DNA from: an uncultured Acidobacteriota bacterium
GTDB lineage: Bacteria; Acidobacteriota; Terriglobia; Terriglobales; Acidobacteriaceae
DNA length: 64,000 nt
NCBI GenBank assembly: GCA_963832535.1
Contig: CAWHUK010000011.1
Span: 36,564 to 100,563 of the forward strand
Direction of reading: 5' to 3'
The first letter of the stretch is position 1. The number at the start of each line of letters is the position of its first letter. The notes beneath the pieces are model-generated. The model ran no database searches, was not told where the DNA came from, and worked only from the letters and a program-made list of their open reading frames with translations. Position numbers and translations under genes: made by a program. This document shows positions 41,736 to 51,989 of the stretch, piece by piece.

Positions 41736-42935
41736 TTATTTAACCTCGAAGAGGGCTGCGATTCCGACATCGCCGGCGGCACAAGCCATGACCAGAACGT
41801 ATCCACCGCCAAGCTCCACTGCTTCCTCAAGACCCTCAATGACGATTCTTGTCATCGTGGGCCCTTGCGGATGCCCCCACACGAGAGAGCTGCCGGTGCG
41901 GTTCATCTTTTTCCAGTCGTAAGACATCACCTTTGAAAAAATGGCATCGTTCACGGTGAATGGATTGTGGCTTTTGACGACTGCGATGTCGTCCATCGTC
42001 AAGCCGGTTTGCTTGAGAAGCTTTTGCACCGCAAACGTGGGCGCTTCAGGCATCAGGTCCGAGCCGGTACGAACATTGGCCTTCCCTATGAGCCGGATCT
42101 GCACTTCCGGCATGCGGCTCAATTCCGGTGCCTTGTCTGCGGACGTCACAAGCATGGCGGCCATGCCGTCGGAAGGATGCGTCTGCCCGCCAGTGGTAAC
42201 GCACGTATCCAACTCCTTCATAGCACGCAGACTTTCCAGCGTGATCTTTCTCACGCCCGTATCCGCATCCAGGCATCCCACAGACTTGCCTTGCGCATTC
42301 AGGATGTCCAACGGAATCGCAAATTTATCGAGGAAGCCTCGCTCTTTCGCTTCGAAATACTGTTGATAGCGGCAGAACGATATCTCATCGACCTCCTTGC
42401 GGTCGAGCTTGTATTTGCGTGCTGCCCGGCCGGCAGTGCCGAGGGTGGAACCACCGGTAGAGGGATTGAATCCAAAGTTATCCCACATATCGTTGATCGC
42501 CACCGTGCGCTGGTTCGAGCGCCGCTCAGGAAATACGCCCACGCTTGAGTCGCTCGTACGATCGAAGGTCAGAACGCCGACCGTCCCGTGTCCGCCGCAC
42601 TGAACCTCGGCGGCTGCCAGCAGAATCGCTTGCAGGCCCGTGGAACAAGCTTGCTCCACGTGACATCCCGGAGTCGCCTCACCCACACAGCTGGAGAGAA
42701 GCGAAGAGTTCCAGAACTTCCAATGCCAGGGAACTGTTGATCCCGAGACGAGGAAGTCCAGGTTGCGCTTCGAAACCTTGCGCTTGCTGAGGATTCTGCC
42801 CATCGCCTCGCCCGCGAATTGCCCGATATTCACTTCCGCAAGCGGCGATGCTTGCCACACCGGAAAGTAACTTGTCCCCCATGTACCATAGGGGATCCTC
42901 ACTCGCGAATAAGCGCTATTAATGTCGTTGGTCAT
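41736..42935 (-). CDS. Divergent thiolase-family protein
   Basis: QACSTG, HNPF in place of NEAF, WGHPQGPT, CAAGD. Confidence 0.75.
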   Translation of the reverse strand: MTNDINSAYSRVRIPYGTWGTSYFPVWQASPLAEVNIGQFAGEAMGRILSKRKVSKRNLDFLVSGSTVPWHWKFWNSSLLSSCVGEATPGCHVEQACSTGLQAILLAAAEVQCGGHGTVGVLTFDRTSDSSVGVFPERRSNQRTVAINDMWDNFGFNPSTGGSTLGTAGRAARKYKLDRKEVDEISFCRYQQYFEAKERGFLDKFAIPLDILNAQGKSVGCLDADTGVRKITLESLRAMKELDTCVTTGGQTHPSDGMAAMLVTSADKAPELSRMPEVQIRLIGKANVRTGSDLMPEAPTFAVQKLLKQTGLTMDDIAVVKSHNPFTVNDAIFSKVMSYDWKKMNRTGSSLVWGHPQGPTMTRIVIEGLEEAVELGGGYVLVMACAAGDVGIAALFEVK

Positions 42936-43156
42936 AGACTCCTTACACCGCCTGTTCGAAAACTTGTTAGCTCGTTGCTTCAAGATTGCTACACAGCCGT
43001 CGTTGCTTTGTCTTGATATCTCCGGCATTGTACAGCGTGTTTCAAAAATAGGTTTTGAAAAGGCACGGCTTCAGCCGCACCGCCAAGCCCTCCGAGCGAA
43101 GAGGCGGCCATCCTTGGCCGCCGACGATCTTCCGCCGATGAAAGGTTGAACCTGAT

Positions 43157-45316
43157 TCATTGTAAACTCTCAACTGCGGTTTGAGATTCAATGCCGTCCG
43201 GCGCCAACGAGATCAAAGCATCCAGCGCAATGGCTCCGGCGCCTTGGGGATAAACGACCAGGGGATTGATATCGATCTCCGCGATTCTCGCGGTTGTTTG
43301 CATCAGAGTTCCAAGACGGCGAATGGCTTCTGCCGCTGCTTCCACATCCAATGCGGGCGATCCTCGAAATCCCCGCAAAAGCGCGGCGCTGCGCAACCGA
43401 TACAGTTCTTCCTTGATTGCTTCAGTTGAAAGATTGGGCGGCAGCAGCCGCACGTCGCGCAAAGCCTCGGCCAATACTCCGCCCATACCGACGAGAAGAA
43501 CCGGCCCCCACTGGGGATCGTTGCGCGCCCCCACAATCAGTTCAACGCCCTTTTGCCCCATGCGTTCCACCAGGACGCCTTCCAGTTCCAATTCCGGCAG
43601 GTGCGAACGAACATTGCGATGCATGGCGGACCATGCTTCAGCCAGCGCCGTATCGGAATCGATTCCGAGCGCTACGCCGCCCGCATCGCTCTTATGCGGC
43701 AACTCAACGGCCTGGGCCTTGAGCGCAACTGGAAATCCAATCTCTCGAGCGATTGCGATTGCCTCCTCCACGCTCCGCGCCAGGCGTCCGGCTGGGATGG
43801 GGATGCCCATCTGTTGCAAGATCTCTTTGCTCTTGTATTCGGGCAGAACACCGTTGCCGCTGAGGGCGATGGAAGAACTGCTGGGATCATCCGAGGCGGA
43901 GAATTTGGCTTGCGAGCTGACGGAATTCACGGCAGCGAGCGCGCGCAGCGCGCGTTCCGGCGAAGGGAAGCATGCAATTCCGAGCGAACGCAGTTCCTCG
44001 ATTCGGGGCGAATCAAATGGCGCTCCTTCGTCCAGGGCCGCAAAGATCACGAGCTTCTGCGGCTTGACCGCTTTCAGAGCATCCAGGATCGGGGGCAGCT
44101 TGAGTTCTGTCGTCTTGGGATCGGTCAATATGATTGTCAGCACGATGCTCCCAAAACGCGGCTCCTCAAATACCGGCGGCAGTGTTCGGCGATACAGACC
44201 GGGATCGACGAGACCTTGTGCGGTCAGATCGAGCGGATTCGAAACGGGGATGAACAAAGGCAAAGCCGATCTCAGGGCCTGCTCCACGATCGGTGAATAC
44301 GCCGGCAGTTTGAGACCTATAGACTCGCAGAGATCCAGGGCCAGGGCCTTGAAAGCGCCGGATTCCGTAAAGATCGCCGTGCCTCCGTCGGGAACGGCGG
44401 AGCAGCGCGCCAGGATCTGGGTAACATCGACGAATTCCTCCATGCTCTGCGCATGGATGACGCCGGCTTGGGTGACGAGCGTGTGCATCACCTCGTAGTC
44501 GCCGGCAATCGCGCCCGTGTGCGTGGCTGCCGAAGCGCGTGCCGCCTGGCTGCGGCCGGGGTGGAGCAGGACGATGGATTTTCCCGCCCGCCGGGCCATT
44601 CGCGCCAGCTCGAGGAAGCGCTTCGGCTGGCGGAACTGTTCCACGACAAGCGCCAGTACGCGCGTCGCCGGGTCAGCGATGAAATATTCGACAAAATCTT
44701 CGACGCCGTTCGCAGCCTCGTTCCCGGTTGAAACCGAATACGAGAGCGGAATGCGATGACGCTGCATGTTGAGTGCAACCACAGCGGCGAGGGCTCCGCT
44801 CTGCGAGACGATGGCCGCTCCGGCATGGCCGAGCCGCTCCGAAGGCGGCGTGACCACAAAGGTCAGCGCAATTCCATCGACGTAATTCACCATCCCCAGG
44901 CAGTTCGGCCCCTCCAGGATCATGTCGTGCTCGCGTGCAATTCGGGCCAGTTCCTGCTGAGCGGCGAGGCCGTCCGCCCCGCCCTCAGCAAACCCGGCCG
45001 AGAAAACGATCAGGCTGCGAAATCCTTTTTGCCCACAAGCGCGCGCGGAGGCGACAATTGCGCTTGCCGGGATGGCCAGTACAGCGCAGTCGATGTTAGG
45101 CGGAAGTTCCTCGATGGAGCCCAGGCTCTGCCGTCCACGGATGACAGGGCGCTTGGGATTGACCAGGTATAGCTCTCCTGTGTAGCCGGCTTCTACGAGA
45201 TTGAGAAGCACGGATTCACCCAGCGACCCCGGCGTAGCGGATGCGCCAACGATCGCAATGGAACGCGGGCGAAGGAGCCGCTCGATTCCCTCCTGCCTGG
45301 TGCGCGTGTCTGTCAT
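43157..45316 (-). CDS. NDP-forming acyl-CoA synthetase (acetate-CoA ligase family)
   Basis: PRSIAIVGAS, GPNCLG, SQSGAL, THTGA, NPLD, HKSDAGGV, EIDINPL. Confidence 0.9.
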   Translation of the reverse strand: MTDTRTRQEGIERLLRPRSIAIVGASATPGSLGESVLLNLVEAGYTGELYLVNPKRPVIRGRQSLGSIEELPPNIDCAVLAIPASAIVASARACGQKGFRSLIVFSAGFAEGGADGLAAQQELARIAREHDMILEGPNCLGMVNYVDGIALTFVVTPPSERLGHAGAAIVSQSGALAAVVALNMQRHRIPLSYSVSTGNEAANGVEDFVEYFIADPATRVLALVVEQFRQPKRFLELARMARRAGKSIVLLHPGRSQAARASAATHTGAIAGDYEVMHTLVTQAGVIHAQSMEEFVDVTQILARCSAVPDGGTAIFTESGAFKALALDLCESIGLKLPAYSPIVEQALRSALPLFIPVSNPLDLTAQGLVDPGLYRRTLPPVFEEPRFGSIVLTIILTDPKTTELKLPPILDALKAVKPQKLVIFAALDEGAPFDSPRIEELRSLGIACFPSPERALRALAAVNSVSSQAKFSASDDPSSSSIALSGNGVLPEYKSKEILQQMGIPIPAGRLARSVEEAIAIAREIGFPVALKAQAVELPHKSDAGGVALGIDSDTALAEAWSAMHRNVRSHLPELELEGVLVERMGQKGVELIVGARNDPQWGPVLLVGMGGVLAEALRDVRLLPPNLSTEAIKEELYRLRSAALLRGFRGSPALDVEAAAEAIRRLGTLMQTTARIAEIDINPLVVYPQGAGAIALDALISLAPDGIESQTAVESLQ

Positions 45317-45779
45317 GTCATCGATATTAATCCCGATCGGAGTCACAAACGTCAATACCTTTCGAGGCCCGGCTGATGGCCTTCTCATTGAGAAACCGTT
45401 TTGAGTCCTTGCTCGCGACCATGCTCGGGATCGCGAACCGCCCGGCATCGTACTGCTGTATAACGACTTCCAGATGATAGATAGCTGCAGGGCAAGTATA
45501 GCGACCGTAGATGGCGAAAGGGAAATATTCTGATTCGATCACAACCATCTTTTTTACTATCACCAGTAGCGAATTTCACGAGTAGCGACACTCCCCCTCA
45601 AGCCGCGCAGCTACTTGGCCACTGATTCGGAAACCACTCAAGCTTTATCGGTGCAGGTCAGGACCAGATCCACTGAAACCCCGCGAGTCATGTGTGCGCC
45701 AGAATGCCCGATCGGACTGGCGGGCTGTATCGAGGACCATCGGCGCTCGGTGTCGCCTCTCCTCGCCGCCTCTTCTCCC

Positions 45780-46724
45780 CTAAGCGACGGTCGACACTGG
45801 CCGTGACACTTTCTCTTTCTCGAACTGATTCTGCCACTTCGACATGCATTCCCGGATCAACGATATGTAATTTGTTAGACCGGCAATCTGATTGTCCTTA
45901 CGGTAAGCCATGAGCAGGTTCAATTGCGGTTGAGGATCGAGGTCCAGCGGCCGGGTAACCACATTGGGGGGAAGTATGAGCTGTACGTAATCCGGCAGGA
46001 GACTAAAACCAAGGGCGGAACCGACCGCGTTTAGCGTCGCAACGACATTATCAGTGTCCAGCACAGCATTGAACTGCACCCCTGCCCGATTCGCTATCTC
46101 ATTGGTGATGTCGTGTATCGCGCTCGCGTTGGTGCGCAAGATCATCACGAGAGGTGTTTCAGCTAGTGTTGGAACCGGTATTCGTTCGAGCGCCGCAAGG
46201 GGATGTCCTGCAGGCAGGGCAGCCAGGATGTTATCTTGGGAAATTGTCTCGCTGGCAATGGTTGAATCATCGATCGGTCCACGTAAGAAACCAATATTGA
46301 TTTCACCGTTCTGAAGTGCGATGATTTGCTCCCAGGTGGTCATACTCCGGAGCGACAACTGAACCTGAGGATACCGGGTCCTGAGCAGCGGAAGAATGTG
46401 CGACAAAACCTTTACGTCGGCGCCCACAATGGAGCCGATCGTAATGTGTCCGGCTGCCGCCCGGGCAGCCTGTCGCGTCAAGGTTACGGCATGTTGAGCT
46501 TGCTGCAAAAGAATACGCGCCTCGCGCAAGAAGACGCGGCCGGGCTCCGTCAGTTCCACATGGTGCTTATCCCTCACAAAGAGGGGAGTGCCAACAATAT
46601 CCTCCAATTTGCGAATCTGCATACTGAGCGAAGGTTGAACAGTGTGTAGCCTTTCGGCCGCCCGCGTGAAGTTCAAGTCTTCAGCTACGGCAATGAAATA
46701 CCGGAGGTGGCGCTCATCAAGCAT
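45780..46724 (-). CDS. LysR regulator (HcaR-like)
   Basis: RHLRYFIAVAEDLNFTRAAERLHTVQPSLS.QI..LE.IVG.PL..RDK. Confidence 0.9.
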   Translation of the reverse strand: MLDERHLRYFIAVAEDLNFTRAAERLHTVQPSLSMQIRKLEDIVGTPLFVRDKHHVELTEPGRVFLREARILLQQAQHAVTLTRQAARAAAGHITIGSIVGADVKVLSHILPLLRTRYPQVQLSLRSMTTWEQIIALQNGEINIGFLRGPIDDSTIASETISQDNILAALPAGHPLAALERIPVPTLAETPLVMILRTNASAIHDITNEIANRAGVQFNAVLDTDNVVATLNAVGSALGFSLLPDYVQLILPPNVVTRPLDLDPQPQLNLLMAYRKDNQIAGLTNYISLIRECMSKWQNQFEKEKVSRPVSTVA

Positions 46725-46843
46725 AAGTCTTGCCGCAATCAGGCCGATCAGGCCGGACGATCCCCATCCGGCGCCATCGAGCACACATTCATTCCCTATC
46801 AAACCAGCGAACAACCACGGCAAGGGATTCGTTGCCTTCTAGA

Positions 46844-47614
46844 TCAACCGGCGGCTACGCCGCCGTCGACATAGATCGTCAGGCCGGTGATGAAATCCGA
46901 GGCCGGCGAAGCCAGGAAGATGCAGGGGCCGACCATATCCTCGGGCGTAGCGAGCCGGCCCAGGGGGATGGTCTTGCGGTATTTTTCCGCCAGTTCGGGA
47001 TTCTGCTGGATATGAATGGTTCCCTGGGTGATGACCAGCGCCGGTCCTAGCGCGTTGACGTTGATGTTATAAGGAGCCCATTCCAGAGCCAGCGACTTGG
47101 TAATCATCTCCACGGCGCCCTTGGTGGCCGAATAGCCCACATTGCCGCCGTCCTTGCCGCGGATGCCGCGTATCGACGAAAGATTGATGATCTTGCCGGC
47201 TTTCTTGGCCTTGAAGACCTGCGTGCCCACCTGCTTGCATGTGATCATGGTGCCGGTGATGTTGATGTCCATCAGACGGCGCCAGTCGTCGAGGGGAAAC
47301 TCGAATGCATCTCTCTTGATATTCCAGCCGAAGGCGTTGACCAGAATATCGATGGTGCCCATCTTGTCGACGACCTGCTTCACCATCGCGGCGACGGTCT
47401 CTTCCTTCGTGACGTCGCAGCTGATCCCAATCACCTGGTTGCCGGTCTCGCTCGAGACCCGCTTGGCCGTTTCATCCTGCGCCTGCTGATTGAAGTCCGA
47501 AATGACCACTTTGGCGCCTTGCTGGCTCAAACCCTTGACGAGCCCCGCCCCGATGCCGCCCGCTCCGCCCATGACCAGAGCAACTTTATTATCCAGTCTG
47601 AATAAATCGCTCAT
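46844..47614 (-). CDS. SDR oxidoreductase (candidate phloroglucinol-reductase-like)
   Basis: GGAGGIG, SSIRG, YSATK, GPCIFLAS.ASDF.TG. Confidence 0.8.
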   Translation of the reverse strand: MSDLFRLDNKVALVMGGAGGIGAGLVKGLSQQGAKVVISDFNQQAQDETAKRVSSETGNQVIGISCDVTKEETVAAMVKQVVDKMGTIDILVNAFGWNIKRDAFEFPLDDWRRLMDINITGTMITCKQVGTQVFKAKKAGKIINLSSIRGIRGKDGGNVGYSATKGAVEMITKSLALEWAPYNINVNALGPALVITQGTIHIQQNPELAEKYRKTIPLGRLATPEDMVGPCIFLASPASDFITGLTIYVDGGVAAG

Positions 47615-47779
47615 AAATCTCCTTTGCAATTTGCTCGTTCACTTCCATTTTTCGCCCGGAGAACGCGGATTCCCGATCTGGAGTTCCTGCTCTTTCAACC
47701 GGCCAAAATCGCTATTCCGCATCTCTCCAGGGAAAGAATTAACCGGTGTCGAAGCTGAGGCCGCGATGCCTGAGTTAAG

Positions 47780-48631
47780 CTACGCGAGCGGCTTCAGCCC
47801 CAGGATCTCTCTCGCTTCGGCCGGCGTGGCCGGCTCTTTTCCAAGTTCGCGAATAATGCGAACTGTTCTCGCCACAAGGCGTGCATTGGTGGCCAGATCG
47901 CCCTTGCCGTAGTAGACGTTGTCCTCAAGGCCAACGCGCGCGTGTCCGCCCATCAGGACACTCAGAGTGGTCATTCCCACCTGGTCGCGGCCCACGGCGG
48001 CGCAGTTGATAATCGTGCCCTGCGGCATCAGGTCCGCGATCTGGGCGAAGATCTTCGGCGTGGCGTCGCAGGCGCCCTGGTAGCGCATGCCCAGCACGAT
48101 ATCGATGTAGTAAGGCGGCTTGAGCAGGCCACGCTCGATGATGCTGTAGACCTCGCGCATCATGGAGTGCGAGTAGACCTCGAGCTCCGGCTTGACGCCC
48201 AGCTCGTTCATCCGGCCCAGGTACCAGTCGATCTCCTCGGGCATGTTCGACCACGGGATACCCTTCCACTGCCCGGAAATGCGCATCATGGTGCCCATGT
48301 TGAGCGATGCCATCTCGGGATGGGCCTGCAGGCACTCGAGGCGCTGCTCCTGGGTCAGGTTCGGCCCGCCGCCGGTCGAGTCCTCGATGACAATGGGGCA
48401 GACTTCGCGGACGCGCTTGTGAATGTCGTTGAAGACCGCCAGGTCGGAGGTGTTGCCGCCATCCTTGTCGCGCGCGTGGATGTGCACCACAGCCGCGCCT
48501 TCGTTGTAGCAGGCCAGAGCCGAAGCCGCGATCTCGTCGGGTTGCTCGGGCAGGTTGGCATTCTGCTTCTTCATTGTGATGGCGCCAGTCTGGGCCACCG
48601 TCACAATTACCTTGTTGCTCAAATCAGCCAT
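47780..48631 (-). CDS. Beta-keto acid cleavage enzyme (BKACE/Kce, DUF849)
   Basis: VIVTVA.TG, HIHARD, STGG, ASLNMG, KPELE, RVGLEDN. Confidence 0.9.
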   Translation of the reverse strand: MADLSNKVIVTVAQTGAITMKKQNANLPEQPDEIAASALACYNEGAAVVHIHARDKDGGNTSDLAVFNDIHKRVREVCPIVIEDSTGGGPNLTQEQRLECLQAHPEMASLNMGTMMRISGQWKGIPWSNMPEEIDWYLGRMNELGVKPELEVYSHSMMREVYSIIERGLLKPPYYIDIVLGMRYQGACDATPKIFAQIADLMPQGTIINCAAVGRDQVGMTTLSVLMGGHARVGLEDNVYYGKGDLATNARLVARTVRIIRELGKEPATPAEAREILGLKPLA

Positions 48632-48705
48632 CGTTCTTTCCTCTCGTGAGCCCGAAAGGCTCATTGTTCGACTCTCAAGTTGCTGTTCGAAAATGACGCT
48701 GCCGA

Positions 48706-49674
48706 TTAAGCCGGCTTCGGTGGATCTTTCAATGCAAACTCGGTTGCCTTCAGAACGCGGATCAGATCGTCATCGCGCTTGGCCAGCGTCTCTGCGAGCG
48801 GCCTGTCGGTATAGTCGAAGAATCCCTTGCCGGTCTTGACGCCAAGATCGCCCTTCTCCACAAGGCTGCAAAGGCTCTTGGGAGCGTTGTCGAGCGGCGG
48901 CTCGGGATAATTGGCCAGGCGCAGATTGCCCGCGCTCAGTTCCAGGCCCGTGAAGTCGTAGCGCTGCACCACGCCCAGCGTACACATGCGGGGCGCGATG
49001 CTGGCCTTCACCGCCAGATCGAGCTGATCGGCGGTGATGTAGCCATTGTCGAGCATGAAGAAGACCTCGCGGCCGATGATGCGCAGCAAGCGGTTGATGG
49101 CGTGGCCGGGAACGTACTTCTGCATCAGCACCGGCGTTTTGCCGATGTGGCGCAGCATTGCCAGTACGGTCTCTTCAGTTTCCTTCGAGACGCGCGGATC
49201 GCGCACCACTTCAACCAGCGGAAGAATATGCGCCGGGGCGAACCAATGCGTGACGACGGTGTTGGCCGCGCGGCTCTCCGGGATCAGCTCGAAGACATTC
49301 AGGTAGCTGGTGTTGCTGCCAAAAATCGCATCCGGCCTGGCGCATGCATCCAACCGCTTGAACAGCTCGATCTTCAGGTCCTTCTTCTCATTGATGCACT
49401 CGACGATGAAATCGGCATCGCGCGCGGAGTCCTCGATGCTGAGGCTATAGGAGATGCGCGCTTCGATGGCGGCAATCTCCTCGGCCTTCACGACGTCGTT
49501 TTTCACCAGCGTGAGCAGATTGGCGTGAACCACGACCTTCGCCTGATCGAGCGAGGCCTGGCGGCGTGCGCAAAGGGTCACCGCATAGCCGCCCTTGGCA
49601 AAGTCGAGCGCGATGCCCGGACCCATGAGTCCGGCGCCAATGACCGCGATTTTCCTAATGTCCTGTAGCTTCAC
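48706..49674 (-). CDS. 3-hydroxyacyl-CoA dehydrogenase-family protein
   Basis: GAGLMGPGIA, SNTS, THWFAP, PLVEVV, NRL. Confidence 0.9.
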   Translation of the reverse strand: MKLQDIRKIAVIGAGLMGPGIALDFAKGGYAVTLCARRQASLDQAKVVVHANLLTLVKNDVVKAEEIAAIEARISYSLSIEDSARDADFIVECINEKKDLKIELFKRLDACARPDAIFGSNTSYLNVFELIPESRAANTVVTHWFAPAHILPLVEVVRDPRVSKETEETVLAMLRHIGKTPVLMQKYVPGHAINRLLRIIGREVFFMLDNGYITADQLDLAVKASIAPRMCTLGVVQRYDFTGLELSAGNLRLANYPEPPLDNAPKSLCSLVEKGDLGVKTGKGFFDYTDRPLAETLAKRDDDLIRVLKATEFALKDPPKPA

Positions 49675-49733
49675 TTTTCTCTCCTGGCGGGTTGCGCGGC
49701 CTCGGCAGTCAGACTGCACTCCGCGCTCCGTAT

Positions 49734-50915
49734 CTAAGCAACGTTTTCGATAGCCAGAGCGAGGCCCAGGCCGCCGCTGACGCAAAGGGTAGCCAGGCCG
49801 AGCTTCTTCTTCCGCTTGATCAGCTCGTGCACCAGGGCAACGGTGATGCGGGCGCCGGTGCAGCCGGTCGGATGGCCGAGCGAGATCGCTCCGCCGTTGA
49901 CATTCAGGATCTCGTGGTCGAAGTGCAACTCGCGATCGCAGGCCAGAACCTGAGAGGCAAAGGCCTCATTCAGTTCGACCAACTCGTAATCGGCGGTCTT
50001 GATGCCTGTCTTTTTCTCGAGCAGATACGCGGCTGGAACGGGGCCGAGGCCCATGTAGCAAGGATCGACACCCGCCGAGGTGATGGCGATGACCCGCGCC
50101 ATCGGCTTCAGGCTGTTCTTCTTGACGTATTCCTCGCTGGCCAGCACAAGGCTCGCCGCCGCGTCGGTGATGCCCGAGGCATTGCCGGCGGTGACGGTTC
50201 CGGTCTTGGAGAAGACCGGCTTGAGCTTGGCCATCTTCTCGATCGTGGCGTCGAGGAAGATGTGCTCGTCCTTTTCGAAGACAGTCGGGCCCTTTTTGCC
50301 TTCGAGAGTGATGGGCACGATCTCATCCTTAAAGCGTCCGCTCTCGGTGGCGGCCTGTGCGCGATGCTGGGAACGCAGAGCGTACTGGTCCTGCTCCTCG
50401 CGCGAGATGTTGTACTTGACGGCCAGCGCATCGGCGGTCTCGCCCATAATCATCTTCGAGAGCGGGCAGTTGTAGCCGTCGCGGTACATGGCATCGACCA
50501 GTTCGTTCGAGCCCAGGCGATATCCCCAGCGCGCGCCGTCGAGCAGATAGGGAATCTTTGACATCGCTTCCACGCCGACCGTGAGCATCGCTTCGCGGTT
50601 GCCTGAAGCAATCTCCAGGAAGCAGTTCCCGAGAGCTCGCAGGCCCGAGCCGCAGGCCATGTTCACCGTGTAGGCGGGGGTTTCCTGCGGAACGCCGCTG
50701 CGAAACGCGATCTGACGGCCCACGTTGGGGCCGCCTCCGGCCTGGCGCGCGTTGCCTACGATCGTTTCCTCAATCTGTTCCGGTTTGACTCCGGCGCGTT
50801 CTAGCGCCGCCTTGGCGGCAATTGTGCCCAGATCGGCGGCAGTGAACGAGGCCAGAGAACCGCCAAACTTGCCAATGGCCGTGCGCACGGCAGAGAGAAT
50901 ATATACGTTGTTCAA
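49734..50915 (-). CDS. Acetyl-CoA C-acetyltransferase (thiolase)
   Basis: NMACGSG, TAGNASG, ELNEAFA, GHPTG, CVSGG. Confidence 0.92.
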   Translation of the reverse strand: MNNVYILSAVRTAIGKFGGSLASFTAADLGTIAAKAALERAGVKPEQIEETIVGNARQAGGGPNVGRQIAFRSGVPQETPAYTVNMACGSGLRALGNCFLEIASGNREAMLTVGVEAMSKIPYLLDGARWGYRLGSNELVDAMYRDGYNCPLSKMIMGETADALAVKYNISREEQDQYALRSQHRAQAATESGRFKDEIVPITLEGKKGPTVFEKDEHIFLDATIEKMAKLKPVFSKTGTVTAGNASGITDAAASLVLASEEYVKKNSLKPMARVIAITSAGVDPCYMGLGPVPAAYLLEKKTGIKTADYELVELNEAFASQVLACDRELHFDHEILNVNGGAISLGHPTGCTGARITVALVHELIKRKKKLGLATLCVSGGLGLALAIENVA

Positions 50916-51166
50916 CTGCTCCTCCCAAACATGTAGTCCAATCAATGGCGGCCTGAAGAGATTCCGGGGCGGCGCCGGCCGAAGCAGCAGGCCGTAACGT
51001 CCCGGCCGGACAGGGTGAACTGGCGCTTATAGGGGCGAAGAAGACCGAGCCGGTCGACACGCTGCTCATGGAGAACTGGCGTGTCGTTGCCGCCGCCCAC
51101 GTCGGTGGCCTGTACCACTGTCACCCGACGCGTCCCCGCTCGATGGAGGCCCAGGGCCGCCTGGGG

Positions 51167-51958
51167 TTATTTCCCTGATTCGAAGCGGAACGATCCGTCC
51201 GAATCCACGAGTGCCAGAAGCCGCACAATGCAACCGTCTCCACCGGGCCAACGCCAGGGGAAGCACATGAAGGTGCAGCGCTTGCCGGTGACTGCATCCA
51301 TATTCCCATCATCGTCGCCCGCGTTCTCGATGCCCGGAATGCCGCCCTTGACCATGAGGGTCTTGTGTGCGGGCTCCCATTCGGGGAAGTCCGCCAACGC
51401 ATCACGCCCGATCTCAGCCTTGTACTCCTCGATCAGATGGGGGTGCGTCGGTCCAAGGCCGTGGTTGACCAGCTTGGTGGCGATCGGATGATCGTTGGCC
51501 TGACAGCCGTAGGCGACCATTTTGATCTTCTTATCGATCATCCACTGGGCTGCTTCTTTGCAGGCGCCGGGTCCGTATCCGAAGTACTCGTCGGTGTCGG
51601 CCCACTTGTGGTGGAAGCCGGTGTTGATGACCACTATGTCGCCTTCCTGGATCTTCGGAGTAGCCTTTTCCAGGAGCTCGGGGGTGATGACGCCCCACTT
51701 GCCCAACGGAATGGAGACGCATACACCGGTGCCGAACAGGCGCCAGAGCGGATAGTCGGCGATGGTCGGAGTGCACTCTGTGACATGACGTGGAGCATCC
51801 ATGTGGGTGCAGCGGTGCATGATGCCTTCCCACTGGATCTGGTAGACGCCGTCTTTGGCGTGAAACTTGTCGATGCTGATGTTCACACTCGGGGTCGACG
51901 GCCACTCCGGCATGAACTGGGTGAACGTGTGTGTGAGGTCATATACTTTTAAGCTCAT
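51167..51958 (-). CDS. Cyclase-family metal-dependent hydrolase
   Basis: DLTH, HRCTHMDAP.H, GD..INTG, HK.L, IEN. Confidence 0.85.
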   Translation of the reverse strand: MSLKVYDLTHTFTQFMPEWPSTPSVNISIDKFHAKDGVYQIQWEGIMHRCTHMDAPRHVTECTPTIADYPLWRLFGTGVCVSIPLGKWGVITPELLEKATPKIQEGDIVVINTGFHHKWADTDEYFGYGPGACKEAAQWMIDKKIKMVAYGCQANDHPIATKLVNHGLGPTHPHLIEEYKAEIGRDALADFPEWEPAHKTLMVKGGIPGIENAGDDDGNMDAVTGKRCTFMCFPWRWPGGDGCIVRLLALVDSDGSFRFESGK

Positions 51959-51989
51959 ATCCTGATTCCTTTCGTTTTCCCGTAGCCGT

